Shown: positions 48,655 through 60,729 of the stretch, piece after piece
How the letters are laid out: each line of letters opens with the position of its first letter
Numbering within the stretch: the stretch's first letter is position 1
Assembly: GCF_016432865.1 (NCBI RefSeq)
Contig: NC_067402.1
Location: 219,666,001-219,730,000, forward strand
Source of the DNA: Antechinus flavipes
Taxonomy: Eukaryota
Length of the DNA stretch: 64,000 nucleotides
Reading direction: 5' to 3'
Translations under genes and position numbers: made by a program
Notes under the pieces: model-generated
Seen by the model: the letters and a program-made list of their open reading frames with translations, nothing else
What the model was told of the DNA's origin: nothing
Database searches by the model: none

Positions 48655-49215
48655 TTATACCATGAATGTTATGGAATATTATTGTTCTGTAAGAAATGAC
48701 CAGCAGGATGAATACAGAGAGGCTTGGAGAGACTTGCATGAACTGATGATAAGTGAAATGAGCAGAACCAGGAGTTCATTGTACACTTCAAAGAGGATCA
48801 ATTTTGATGGAAGTGGCTATTTTCAACAAGAGGATCCAAATCAGTTCCAATTGATCAGTAATGAACAGAACCAGCTACAGAACAGTGAAAGAACCCTGGG
48901 AAATGAATGTGGAGCACAACATAGCATTTGCACTATTTCTGTTATTGTTTGCTTGCATTTTTGTTTTTCTTCCCAGGTTGTTTTTACCTTCTTTCTAAAT
49001 CCAATTTTTCTTGTGTAGCAAAACAACTGTATAAATATGTATACACATATTGTATTTAACATATACTTTGACATATTTACCATTTTTGGGACTACCTGTT
49101 ATTTAGGGGAGGGGATGGGGGAAGGAAGGGAAAAGTTTGAACAGAAGGTTTTGCATGGTTCAGTGTTGAAAAATTACCCACGTATATATTTTGTCAATAA
49201 AAAGCTATAATAAAA
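48655..49215 (+). mobile_element. L1 3' end with internal deletion
   Basis: ORF 48662 (MEYYCSVRNDQQDEYREAWRDLHEL); 3'UTR and aataaaaagctataataaaaaa tail. Confidence 0.85.
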
Positions 49216-49761
49216 AATAAATTGATCATTCTTAGAAAAAAATTTAATTGTACTTCAGTTGAATTTAATCTAATTTTTTTTCAAGTGAATTTTTAAAAAA
49301 GCAAGGATAACAATTATAACTTCAGATAAAACAACCATATAAATGTACAGAATTAAAAGAGATAAACAGGGAAACTTCAATCTATTTCAATTCACCATGA
49401 ATAACAAATCAGTATCAATATTTAATATATGAAGAAACACCTAAGATAGCTGGGTTATACTTCTGGATATAATGTTGGTCCTGGAATCAGAAGAACCAGA
49501 GTTAAAATCTGGCCTTAGATACCTACTAAGTGATCATGGCTAAATTTCTTAATATCTGTTTGCCTCTGTTTTCTCAGTTTTAAAATAGGAATAACATCTA
49601 CTTTCCAGGTTTGTTGTGAGAGTCAAATGAAATAATATTTGTAAAGTGCTTAGCACAGTGCCTGATTAATAATTAGTACTTAATAAATGCTTATTTCCTT
49701 CTTTAATATCTATCTAATTGCACTGAATGGTAAAACTTCTGAATACTTTAAGAAGGAATAT

Positions 49762-49816
<55 letters not shown>

Positions 49817-49973
49817 GGTCACTAGGAGATGTAGTGGATAATATTGGAGGTGGAGTTAGAAAGACCTGTGTTTAAATCCAACTTTAGACATTTATTTGCT
49901 GTGTGATCAGACTAGGCACTTAATCTCTGTCTGCCTTAATTTCCTTATTTTAAAAATAGGAATAACAAAAGTA

Positions 49974-51460
49974 CAGCCATATCTCAGAGATAGTGATAAA
50001 ACACATATTTCTTGTATTGTGGTGGCCTAGAACCAAACTCAAAATATCTCTGAGATATGGCTGTACTTTTGTTATTCCTATTTTCTATTCTATTAAGGGT
50101 ATAATAGTATTATGTCCAAACAAACTCCAAACATAGTGATTCATTTTATCACTATATTTCTTGTATTGTAGTGGCCTAGAACCAAATTCAAAATATCTCT
50201 GAGATATGGCTGTACTTTTGTTATTCCTATTTTCTATTCTATTCTATTCTATTCTATTCTATTCTATTCTATTCTATTCTATTCTATTCTATTCTATTCT
50301 ATTCTAATATAATAGTATTATGTCCAAACAAACTCCAAACATGCCTTAATTTAAAAAATCCTTATTGCTAGAAAATGCTAATCCTTATCTGACTTTTCAA
50401 TAAATTGTAATATTTTTGCTGGTTGATGTCTTGTTTCCATGTTGATGGCTGCTGACTGATTAGCCTGGTGGTTGTTGAATGTTGGGTGGTTGTGGCAATT
50501 TCTCAAAATAAGACAACAATGTAATCCTGAACAAGTCACTTTTTTTGCCTCAGCAAAAAAAAAAAAAAGGCAATAATGATTTGTATACCAGTTGGTTCCT
50601 CCTTTCATTTGAACATCTAAAGATCTTTGTAGATTTATTAACTAGTTTAATTTCAATATTGTTATGTGTCGGGGGCCAAGACCTAGTCGCAGGGAACCTT
50701 AACAGAGACTGCCTCTTCTAGCTTCCCCGAGCCGGACGGGGCATTGGACGTCTCTGGCCCTCCTCGTGGAGACGGGAGGAGGGAATTACCAGACAGAGAG
50801 CCGAGGTGGATAGAATGCAGTGATGTTTATTGGTGTTACAAGTCAGCGGTGTCTCCCACAACCCATCCCGTGTCCATTCCTTTTATAGTCCTTTTCCCTC
50901 CACCTGTCGTTCATCAATTGGGGTAGGGACTCCTTCCCAATCCCTCCCCGAAGGAGGAGCCCATCCTTTCTGTGCCTCCCCTGCCACGGGCCAGGTTTCA
51001 CCACTTCAGCGTGGTAATCAAGGAATCCTGGGTTAGGGTGGGTCCTGGCACAAAGGAGTCCTTGACTCACTCCAGGAGGTTCAGGTCCAGAGCCTCCCAC
51101 AGTTATGTCCCAGGCAATAGGGAGAAGAAGAAAAGACAGGGGAAGAGATAGTCAGTGAAGCAGAACAAAGAATATTTATGAATTAAGTTTGATGTTTTAC
51201 ATGGGAGTGGTTTATGGCATAGCAAAACAATTACAATAGTAACATCAAAGATCACTGATCACAGATCATTATAACATAATAATAATGATGAAAAAATCTG
51301 AAGGATCATGAGAGTTACCAAAATATGACAGAAATATCATGTGAGTCCATGATGTTGGAAAAATGGCATCAGTAGACTTGTAATGCAACATTCAATTTAT
51401 AAAAACTGTAATATTTGTAAAGCCCAATAAAGCTAAGTGCAAAAACATGAAACATGCCTG
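49974..51460 (+). mobile_element. Tigger1-like (Tc1/mariner) non-autonomous DNA transposon, rearranged left end, interrupted by SINE tail and solo LTR
   Basis: TIR cagccatatctcagagata ... atgcctg; internal ttattgctagaaaatgct, gttgatggctgctgactgat, aaaacaattacaatagtaacatcaaagatcactgatcacagatc match Tigger1 as recalled. Confidence 0.75.
50667..51101 (-). mobile_element. Young solo LTR (435 bp), 6-bp TSD GTTATG (class II-type)
   Basis: Minus strand TGTGGGAG...CCCCGACA; TATAAAAG ~50879-50888; AATAAA 50826-50831; TSD 50661-50666 and 51102-51107; many CpGs retained. Confidence 0.9.
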
Positions 51461-52049
51461 GATGTATCTTGATAAAATAATGTAATATTTATAAAATGCT
51501 TTACTTTAAAGGACTATATAAATACTAGTTATTATTATTAATTATTTTTTCAAGGAGAAATACATGGTAAAAACTGTAAAAGGGAGAAGTCTTACTGTAC
51601 CCCTTTATGCCTAACAAACCTAACCAAAAGATAAAAAAGAACAAAGTTAAAGACCTGAATAGAATTTTTTAAAAGTTCAATATGAAAGCTCTTTTTTGAT
51701 TTCTGAATTTAAATAGAAAAATATCTTTCTTCGGATACTTGGTATCATAACAGCTAAAGTATTGGATGTGGAATCAGGAAAACTGCAGTTCAAATTTGAT
51801 TTCAATCATGAATTGGCTCTGTGGCTCTGACCAAATCACTTACTTTTCAGTAAAATAAAGTTAGGATAATAAAAATAGGAGTTATATCACATAGTCATGC
51901 AGATTGAATGAAATAATACTTATAAATTGCTTTACAAATCTTAAAGCACTATGTAGATGCTATTGCATGTTTTTCAGTTATGCAAAATACTCTTACAAAC
52001 ATTGACCAAGTATTAGGGCACTAAAAACCTCACCAACAGATTCAAAAAA

Positions 52050-52760
52050 ACAATCATCAAAACAATAATAGCAATAGCTTATCAAATTGAGAAATAAAAC
52101 CAGGAGCTAGAATTCTGAATGAAACAAACCAAATAGCTGGTGGATTTGACTATAAATGAACAAGAGGACAATTTAATTGTCAGCATCAAAACTGGAAAAA
52201 GAGAACTCAAAAGAAATGAAGATGAAATAAAGAAATTCTAAAAAAATTTTTAGCCAATCATATGGCAACAAAACTGTTAATGTTAATGAAAGTGTTGAAT
52301 TTGTACAAAAATACAAAAGATTCAGATTAATTGGACAAAAATTAGAGAATCTGAATTACCTAACAAATTAGTCATAAATGAACTCTCATTGCCCAGGACA
52401 AAATAGATTTATAAGTGAACTTATGAAACATTCAAGGAACAATTCATTCCAATATTACTTAAACTGTTTATAAAAATAAGAGAAGAATGAATCACATGAG
52501 ACTCCTTTTATGATACAAATATTGGCTTGATATCTAAACCAGAAATGTACCCCTATCCCCCAAAAGAAAACAATGGTCCATTATCTTTAATGGATAGCAA
52601 ACCAAAAATATTAAGTGATATATTAGCAATGAGGTTACAGCAATAAATAAATAAATTATAAACTATGTTCAGGTTGTATATTCAATATATGTAAAACTAT
52701 CAATACAGCAATGTTAATAATGAAAAATAATAAAATGATATAATTTTATTAATATAAGCT
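52050..52760 (+). mobile_element. Degraded L1 ORF2 (RT-region) fragment
   Basis: ggtccattatctttaatggatagc..aaaatattaagtgatatattagcaatgagg resembles YRPISLMN.D.KIL.KILA. Confidence 0.55.
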
Positions 52761-52779
52761 GTTTTTTGACTGATCTCTG

Positions 52780-55700
52780 TATCTATATTGTAGGGAGCTC
52801 AGGGAATAGAAGGAGCTTGGTAGCCACTTCTCCTTAGGAAGATCAGAGCCTAAGGATGAAGCTTTTCTTCTCTATTCCTTCTTTCCTCTAGATTACAGTA
52901 TGATTTCCCTTTCTCTTGCTCCCACTCTGGGGATGACAAATCCCCATGGGATAGTAATCCACATGGGAATGATTGCTAGCAGCTATTGCCTCTAACAGAG
53001 ACTCTGGGAGGATCACCCATGGCTGATGGCGATCATATCTGAAGCTTTAAGTTTCCCCCATTATTTCTTCTTTTCTTGTGTGTCTCACTCTGTCTGCCTC
53101 AGTTTCCTCTGTTTCTTTTTTCATTTTCTCTCTCCTTGCTCCTTTCTCTTTTTATTTCTCCACTCCTCTTTCCACTCTCTCTCCCCCCTTTTCTTTTCTC
53201 TTTTTCCCCCTTCTCATAATATTTCTCTATGTCTGCCTATATCTATTCCCATTTTTAGTTGTGTTTAATGCTGAAAGATTGAGGTTTTTTACCCTAGAAC
53301 CCAGGGTTTTATGAGGTGAAAAGGACTCACATTAATATTATGTACAGCTAAATCCCATTTTACTTTTGATAATTAAAAAAATCATTTATGTTATAGTTTT
53401 CTCAGAGAGGAGATTCTAATATTATACTGCTTATTCATCACAGTCTCCACACTTGGGATGTTCTTGTCTTCTCTAATCTGAATCTCTTTTGCTGCAGCAG
53501 TTTATCTACTTCTTTCTCTTCTTTGGGATTATTAACATTTTCCTTTGGTCCTGTGCCCAGATGCAGATTTAGGGAGATGGATGATGATAATGGGACAGCA
53601 GTGATCGAGTTCATTTTGTTGGGATTCTCAGATTTGGGCGTTTACCAGAGTGCTTTCTTTTGGGGAGTGCTCTTTGTCTATTTGGTCACCTTGCTGGGTA
53701 ACTCCTTGATCATCACCTTTACCCTGTTGGATGCAGTCCTGAACACTCCCATGTACTTCTTTCGACATCTCTCTATGATAGAGATTCTCTACACTATGAC
53801 TGTTGTACCCAGGATGCTGACTGATCTGCTTTTGTCCCAGCCTGCCATCTCTCCTGCCAGCTGCTTCACTCAAATGTATTTCTTTGCCCTCTTTGGCATT
53901 GCCGAATGCTGTGTGCTCACTGCCATGGACTATGACCGTTATGCTGCCATTTGTTGGCCCCTGCACTATGCTATGCTGATGAACCGGCAGGCATGTGTGG
54001 CTATGGTGGGTGCTTCTTATCTAATGGGCATCACCACAGGCACTACCCACTCCATATTCATCTTTACCTTGCCCTTCCATGGCACCAACATTGTTCACCA
54101 CTTCCTATGTGACATTTTGCCTGTTTTGAGACTGGCAAGTGGAGACACATTCTGGGGTGAGGTTGAGAACCTTGCTGTCACTCTGCTCTTTATCATTACT
54201 CCCTTTGCACTGATTTTGTTTTCCTATGTTCGCATCCTCATTACCATCCTTGGGGTTGCCTCTGCTCAGGGATGACAAAAAGTCTTCTCTACTTGCTCTT
54301 CCCACCTATTGGTAGTCATACTTTTCTTTGGGACTGCAAGTCTAACCTACGTGAAACCGGGGACCAATGATACTGAGAACACAGATCAAGTTCTCTCTCT
54401 TTTTTACATAGTTGTAACTCCTATGCTCCACCCTTTTCTTTATATCCTGAGGAACAAGGAGGTGATGGGAGTCCTGAGGTGTAAATTAACAAAACACCTT
54501 TGAAGTCCTTGCCTGGCCCAGATTTGCTTGGCTTCCTTTTTGGTGAATTTAAAGATCTTACTGATCTTTTATATTTTTAAAGTTAAATTTTATACTTTTA
54601 AATTATCAAACATTTTTATTTATTTATTTTTTTATTCCCTGCCCTCATGGAAAAATAAAAACAAAAAAACTTTGTTACAAATATATAAATTAAAGAAAAC
54701 AGATTCTTATGTTGATTTTGTCCAAAATGTGTGGCTCACTCTTCCTTTTTAGTGTTCTTTACTTAGTGACCTGATCTTTGTAAAACGAAGAAGGATCTAT
54801 ATGGTCTGGATCTCTAAATCTTTTACATAGTGTGGGAATTCCTGGGAGATGATGATTGAAATGGGCCTCATCTTTCAGAATGATATCTTTCCTATTTTGA
54901 AAATCCCAGGAATCTCTGTCAATTTTCATCTGAGATCTTCATCTGGTAGCTGTTTTCATGTTGTGCTTCAATTGGAGGCTAATTGACCACTAATAATATT
55001 CAGATATGGGTTAGACTACATGGACTAGGAAACCAATGTCTGAAGGACATAAATATACATGTTGAAATTTCCAAGTATAAGGGCTGTGGTTGGGCTGAGA
55101 AGACTGTGAGCCAGACACTGACCTCCTAAGATTACTTTTAACATTGAGATTTTGTGACATTATTTGGGGATGTTGAATATATAACTGTATTCTGAGTCTA
55201 GTGCTGCAGTTTGAGAGGGATTCGCATGGACTAAGGGATACAGACATGAACAGTTTAGTGTGATTATAATATCCCAGCTTTAACAGACTTTAGGATTTGG
55301 GACCCCTTGCTGTATAAGAGCCTTGAAATGGAACCTTCCCCTCCCTTTGTAGTAAAACATTCTATTGGCCATGCTCAGTAGCAGTAACTACTTTAGTGGT
55401 GAGAACTATCAGAGAATAAGTTCTATACAATTTTCCAGGGTTAAGGAATATTCAGATCAGTTTAACAAGCATTCATTAAGTGTTTACTATGTGCAAAACA
55501 TTGTACAAGGTGCTGAGAACATAAATGTAACAAGTCCTTTTTAAGGAACTTAGATTTTCCTGGAGGAGATGCAGAATTTGGTTTGATCTAAATTAGAATA
55601 TAAATCTAGTTTAGATCACCATTGCATATAGCTGTTTCTGTCCTATTCCTTTGATCTCTAGCATCACCATGAAATGAATATTCCCTGCCCATATCTTTTC

Positions 55701-57130
55701 TTTTGAAATCATTAATTCCACTAGGTTCTGAGTCCTACACTGAGCTTGGATGGATGGATGTGTAGCTTGTTTTTATCTAAATCACTTTGCCCTATCTAAG
55801 TATATTACCTTATTGAGATCCTGGTTGTGGTTATTTTCTGGACTCTCTGACTATTCTCTCTTTTTTCTTAAGGACTTTGATGTCAGACTCAATGTCCTAT
55901 TCTCAGGGGACTTCAATGTACATGTTTATATCCCTTAAACACCCTGGTTTCTCATTTCATTGACTCCTCAACTACTATGATTTATTTTCTTATCCTTCCT
56001 TCCCTCTCTTTCCTTCCCTCTCCTCTCCATCCCTNNNNNNNNNNNNNNNNNNNNNNNNNNNNNNNNNNNNNNNNNNNNNNNNNNNNNNNNNNNNNNNNNN
56101 NNNNNNNNNNNNNNNNNNNNNNNNNNNNNNNNNNNNNNNNNNNNNNNNNNNNNNNNNNNNNNNNNNNNNNNNNNNNNNNNNNNNNNNNNNNNNNNNNNNN
56201 NNNNNNNNNNNNNNNNNNNNNNNNNNNNNNNNNNNNNNNNNNNNNNNNNNNNNNNNNNNNNNNNNNNNNNNNNNNNNNNNTTTCTATTTCTCCCTTTCTT
56301 TCTCTGTCTTTCTGTCTCTATTTCTGCACATACAAAAGATCATTACTTGTCTTTTGATATATTGCCTATCACCAGTAACTCAAGTGTCTCTGGTTTGCTA
56401 AATCCAAATCTCAGTCTTTAGCTTCCTGCTGAGGTAGACATTCAACTAGTTGACCAATGTAATTTAATGCTGAGATTTTATGATTCCCTGATTTCTTTTA
56501 GCTTTTGCAGCTTTTGATATCGTTGACTACACCCTCCTCAATATTCTTTTATCCTTGAGGTTTCTTGATAGTGTTTACTCTTGGTGCTTCTTCTACCTAG
56601 AAAATTTGATTCTTCTCAGTGTCTTATTATGTCACCATTCATATCTCTTCCCTCTTGCATCTGCCCCATGCCTTCTCTACTCTTTCTACATTCTTTTGGG
56701 CGATTCCAAAAACTCCTGTGAATTCAAGGATCAGAGTTAACAACTTCATCCCCATCAGGCATGGCTAATTGACTGCAGGACATCTGCATTTGAATGCTTC
56801 AGAGGCAACTCAAAGTCAACAAGTCCAAGATAAAACTCATTTTCTACTCCTCTAAAATAATTTTTCTCTTAAAATTCTTATTTTTAAGGGCACCACCATC
56901 TTTCTACATATGAAAATTATGAGAACCTAAGCTCTTTCCTCCCCCTTGTACTGAAGATCTAATCAATCATTCAGTTTTGTTGATTCTGTGTCCCCAGTAT
57001 TGCTAGTATCCATCTTTCTATTTAAAGTAACCATTACTCTAATTCAGGCCCTCCTCACTTCATATACAATAATATGAATTATTGTAATAGTTTTTTAGTC
57101 TCCTTATTTCCAGCCTCTCCCCTCATGAAT
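52780..57130 (+). repeat. Older paralogous block C (shares OR, promoter region, 3' flank and L2 with A/B)
   Basis: Homology starts at atctatattgtagggagctc (cf. 22250/35178); 3' flank ~75-80% to B 36900-38430 then jumps to B ~41350. Confidence 0.75.
53577..54503 (+). pseudogene. OR10P1-like olfactory receptor, copy C, pseudogene
   Basis: Premature TGA at 54273-54275 (CGC in A/B); 3-bp deletion PMYFF-RH; MAYDRY>MDYDRY; CRP>CWP; NP>HP. Confidence 0.9.
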
Positions 57131-57208
57131 GTACTGTCCACACAACCAGGAAATTAATATCTCTAAGGCATAGGGTGTCTCTTTTTGTTCTTTGTTTTTA
57201 CTGTGTGT

Positions 57209-57258
<50 letters not shown>

Positions 57259-57964
57259 TGTTGTTATTGTTGTTGAAGTATTCAGGATTAAATGATTTGC
57301 CCAGGGTCACACAGCTATTTAGTGTCTGAAGCTGAATTTGAATTCAGGTACTCTTGATTCCAGGGCTGGTGCTCTGTCCACAGTAATAATGGGGAAAAAG
57401 TGTCATGAAAGAAGAAGAAACTTACTATCTCAAGTATTATATGCTTAATGAAGTTTTCTAATCCCCCCAATTGCTAGTGCCCTCTCTAATTACCTTGTAT
57501 GTAATTACTTTTTTATATATTTGTATTTATGATGGATATATTTGTATATTTATTTGTCTCCCCAATTATAATAAAAAAGTTCCATATGAGTAGAGATTAT
57601 TTCATCCTTTGTACTTGTACCACTATGGTTTAGCACAGTGCCTTGTATGTAATACAATTTTTTTGAGCTGACCCTTTTTCTGGATTTTCTAGAGGTGTAC
57701 TAGATAGTGTCAGGAGGCAAGATAATCTGGGTTGGATACATCTTTTTGCCTAAGCTTTGGAGTGAAATGGGATCAGCTTAATTTCTTTGATTCCTCTCCC
57801 TAGAGGTCTTCAAGTTATAGTCAGATGATTATAGTCAAATGATCACTTATTGTAGGGAGAAATCCTGCTGAGGTAGACATTCAACTAGTTGGCCAATGTA
57901 ATTTAATGCTGAGATTTTATGATTCCCTGATTTCTTAGGTTGACCCATGAGAGTTTCCCTATTG

Positions 57965-58510
57965 CTGTTGTTTGTTTTCAAAGAGGACCAGTGACATGGA
58001 TGAATTGGATTTAAGTGAGGCATAGCTGCATAAAGTCTCTTTTCCAGAGTCATTGAAGTCCAGTGGCAGGACAAAAGTCAAGATGGCTGATGATGGCCAG
58101 GGATGTACTGGATGTGGTATCTTCAATGTCTGACCAAGCTCAAAGTGCTCTACAATGCCTTCTTTAGTTACCTTCATGGCATTGAAACAAGTTGTTCTTA
58201 TCCATCTGTTCCAATGGGGAAAGTCTTTACATGCCTGTGGTAGACAGCCTCCTAACTCACCAATGATTTGAGGCCTGTTGGTTACACTTGACCTGATTTG
58301 GGCAGTTTGACAAGATGGTTTCACCAGGGTATGGATGCTTCACAGGCTACATCTTCTTGGAACTATAGATGAGAGTTGAGTGAAAGATGGATACTAAAGG
58401 AGGATGGAGCAGCCCTGAACAGGGCTTGATGTGATTCCTCACATCAAAGGTGTTAGTATTCCTAGAATACCACCCACATCCTTCTGGCTTCTCCATTAAT
58501 AAAGCAAGGA
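57965..58510 (+). mobile_element. RTE-associated SINE / RTE 5' remnant
   Basis: gaggaccagtgacatggatgaattggatttaagtgagg matches copies at 40920 and 10050. Confidence 0.55.
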
Positions 58511-59049
58511 AGGACCTTGGACCATATAGCACCTTCCAATGCTCTCAAACCCCTTATTTATTTTTCAATACTTGATTGACAAGCTACTCTGGGACCTTTG
58601 GCACCTACTTTTTTCTCTTGGCAATAGCAAAATAATCTTCAGATTCTTATTATAAAAGAAAGATCCCTATTGAATGCATCATATTTATAAAAGAAAGAGC
58701 CCTGCAATGCATCATATTAAAATATTTTTTTCCAACTGTGTATATAGTCTTCCTTGTCCTTCTCCTCCCAGATAATTATCCAGTTCCTTCCTAGAAAGCT
58801 TGTGGATGAGGCTATATTCAGATTTATTTAGATTTTGCTTTAATCCTTTGGAAAATGTTTTCTAAACAAAAATTTTAAAGAATTAATGGCACTTTTGTTC
58901 AAATCCTCAAAAAAAAAAAGAGAAAAATCTCTTTATTTCTCTGGGACTTAGTTGTCTGTTTTGCAAAATCATGATGTTGGGCATCACATATTGGTTTCAA
59001 TTTGTCTTTCTAGTCTTGTCCTATGTTATTCCTCTTCCATCACTCTTTG

Positions 59050-59420
59050 CTTCAGTGAAATTGATCTTTGTGTTACTCACAAATAACACTCTTTTGTCTT
59101 TGTGTCTTTGAATTGACTGTCCCCTAAAAAGTTTCACTTTTATCTCCAGTCTTTGAACCCCAACTTTCTTCAAAGCTCTGCTCAAGCACTATCATTGCAA
59201 GGATTTTCTTGATCTGCTTCTCTTTCCGCACAAGTTCTAGTCTTAATTCTTGAACACACACAGACACAGATACAGCCATACAATACCTATATATACTGTG
59301 TCCCCTGCTAGAATATAAGCTTGAGAGCAGGAACTATTTCAGTTTTTCTTTGCAATCCCATTGACTAGCACAGTGCTTGGCAAATAGTAGGTGCCTACTA
59401 AATGTGTAATGGTAGATGAT
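59050..59420 (+). mobile_element. L2 3' end
   Basis: ctagaatataagcttgagagcagg...tagcacagtgcttggcaaatagtaggtgc. Confidence 0.7.
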
Positions 59421-59790
59421 TTCCATGCTTTTTTTTTTTTTTTTGTATCCAAATCTATGATCTTTAGATTAATTGGGAAAGTTGGGAACATATATTAACT
59501 TTTCCATATTTCTTACTCTGGTTGTGTTCTAGGAAATAGCAAGAGCATCTTTCTGTCATAATCAGTTAAGAGAGGTGTTTCTTTCACAGACTTTCACAGC
59601 AGGGTATTTTCCTTGTGGATTAAAGGTAACCTACACTTTCCAGGTTCAGAGAAGAGGGATCATCTGTGGCTTGAAGTTTAGATCCTGCTTCTTGGGCACA
59701 GGTGCTGTGGATTTGTTCTGAGGAGACCACTCCACTCTGTTCTTGGCAACATTCATAGCCCAAAGTAGAGAAAGCTGCTGCTTCTTTTTC

Positions 59791-60729
59791 TTACCTGTTC
59801 TGGAGTCGAGTAAACTTCTTAATCAAGTCTTTCACCACCTGCTTGACTTGCTGATTCCTGAGGGTGTAGATGAAGGGATTCATGAGGGGAGCAATGATTG
59901 TATTGATCAATGAGACTCCCTTGTTGAGATCAACTCCTTTGCCTGGAGAAGGTTTTACATACATGAAGAAACAGCTACCATAGCACATGGAGACAACAAT
60001 AGCATGAGAGGAGCAGGTGGAAAAAGCTTTTCTCCTCTCTTGGGGTGATGGGATTTTAATGATTGTCCGGATGATCTGGACATAAGACAGAGTGATGAAC
60101 ATCAAGGTACTGAGGAGGGCTACCAAGGCCAAAGTGAAGTCTACCATCTCCAGGACTTTTGGCCCTGTGCAAACCACTTCCATCAGAGGAGTGTAGTCAC
60201 AGAAGAAGTGATTGATGTGAGAGTCACAGAAGGGGAGCTGGCTCGTCAGGACCAGAGGGATAATGATGACAGAGAAGCCAGCTAACCAACAGGTGAGGAT
60301 GAGCTGTGTGCAGATTTTGCTGCTCATGAGGATTGGGTAGTGAAGGGGCTTGCAGATGGCAATGTAGCGGTCATATGACATGGCAGTGAGGAGGAAGAAT
60401 TCAGTGGCCCCCAGAAAAATATGGAAGAAGTCTTGGGTGATACAGCCAGCAAAGCTAATAGTCTTGGTCCCTGTGGCGATGTTGACCAACATTTTGGGAA
60501 CGATGACTGTTTGGAACCAGATCTCTAAACAGGACAGGTTCCGGAGGAAGAAATACATTGGAGTCTGTAGGCGGGTGTCCAATAGTGTCAGAGTGATAAT
60601 GGTCAAGTTGCCAGAAATTGTTATCAGGTAGGCTAGCAGCAGGAGCAGGAAAACTACCATCTGCAGGTCCTCAGTATCTGTTAATCCTTGGAGGATGAAC
60701 TCAGTTATTTTGGTTTCATTGCCCATCAT
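59791..60729 (-). CDS. Olfactory receptor, family 6 (OR6C-related), intact 312 aa
   Basis: NET glycosylation site, [70 protein letters not shown]; candidate acceptor ttttttcag at 60840-60848 (minus). Confidence 0.92.
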   Translation of the reverse strand: MMGNETKITEFILQGLTDTEDLQMVVFLLLLLAYLITISGNLTIITLTLLDTRLQTPMYFFLRNLSCLEIWFQTVIVPKMLVNIATGTKTISFAGCITQDFFHIFLGATEFFLLTAMSYDRYIAICKPLHYPILMSSKICTQLILTCWLAGFSVIIIPLVLTSQLPFCDSHINHFFCDYTPLMEVVCTGPKVLEMVDFTLALVALLSTLMFITLSYVQIIRTIIKIPSPQERRKAFSTCSSHAIVVSMCYGSCFFMYVKPSPGKGVDLNKGVSLINTIIAPLMNPFIYTLRNQQVKQVVKDLIKKFTRLQNR

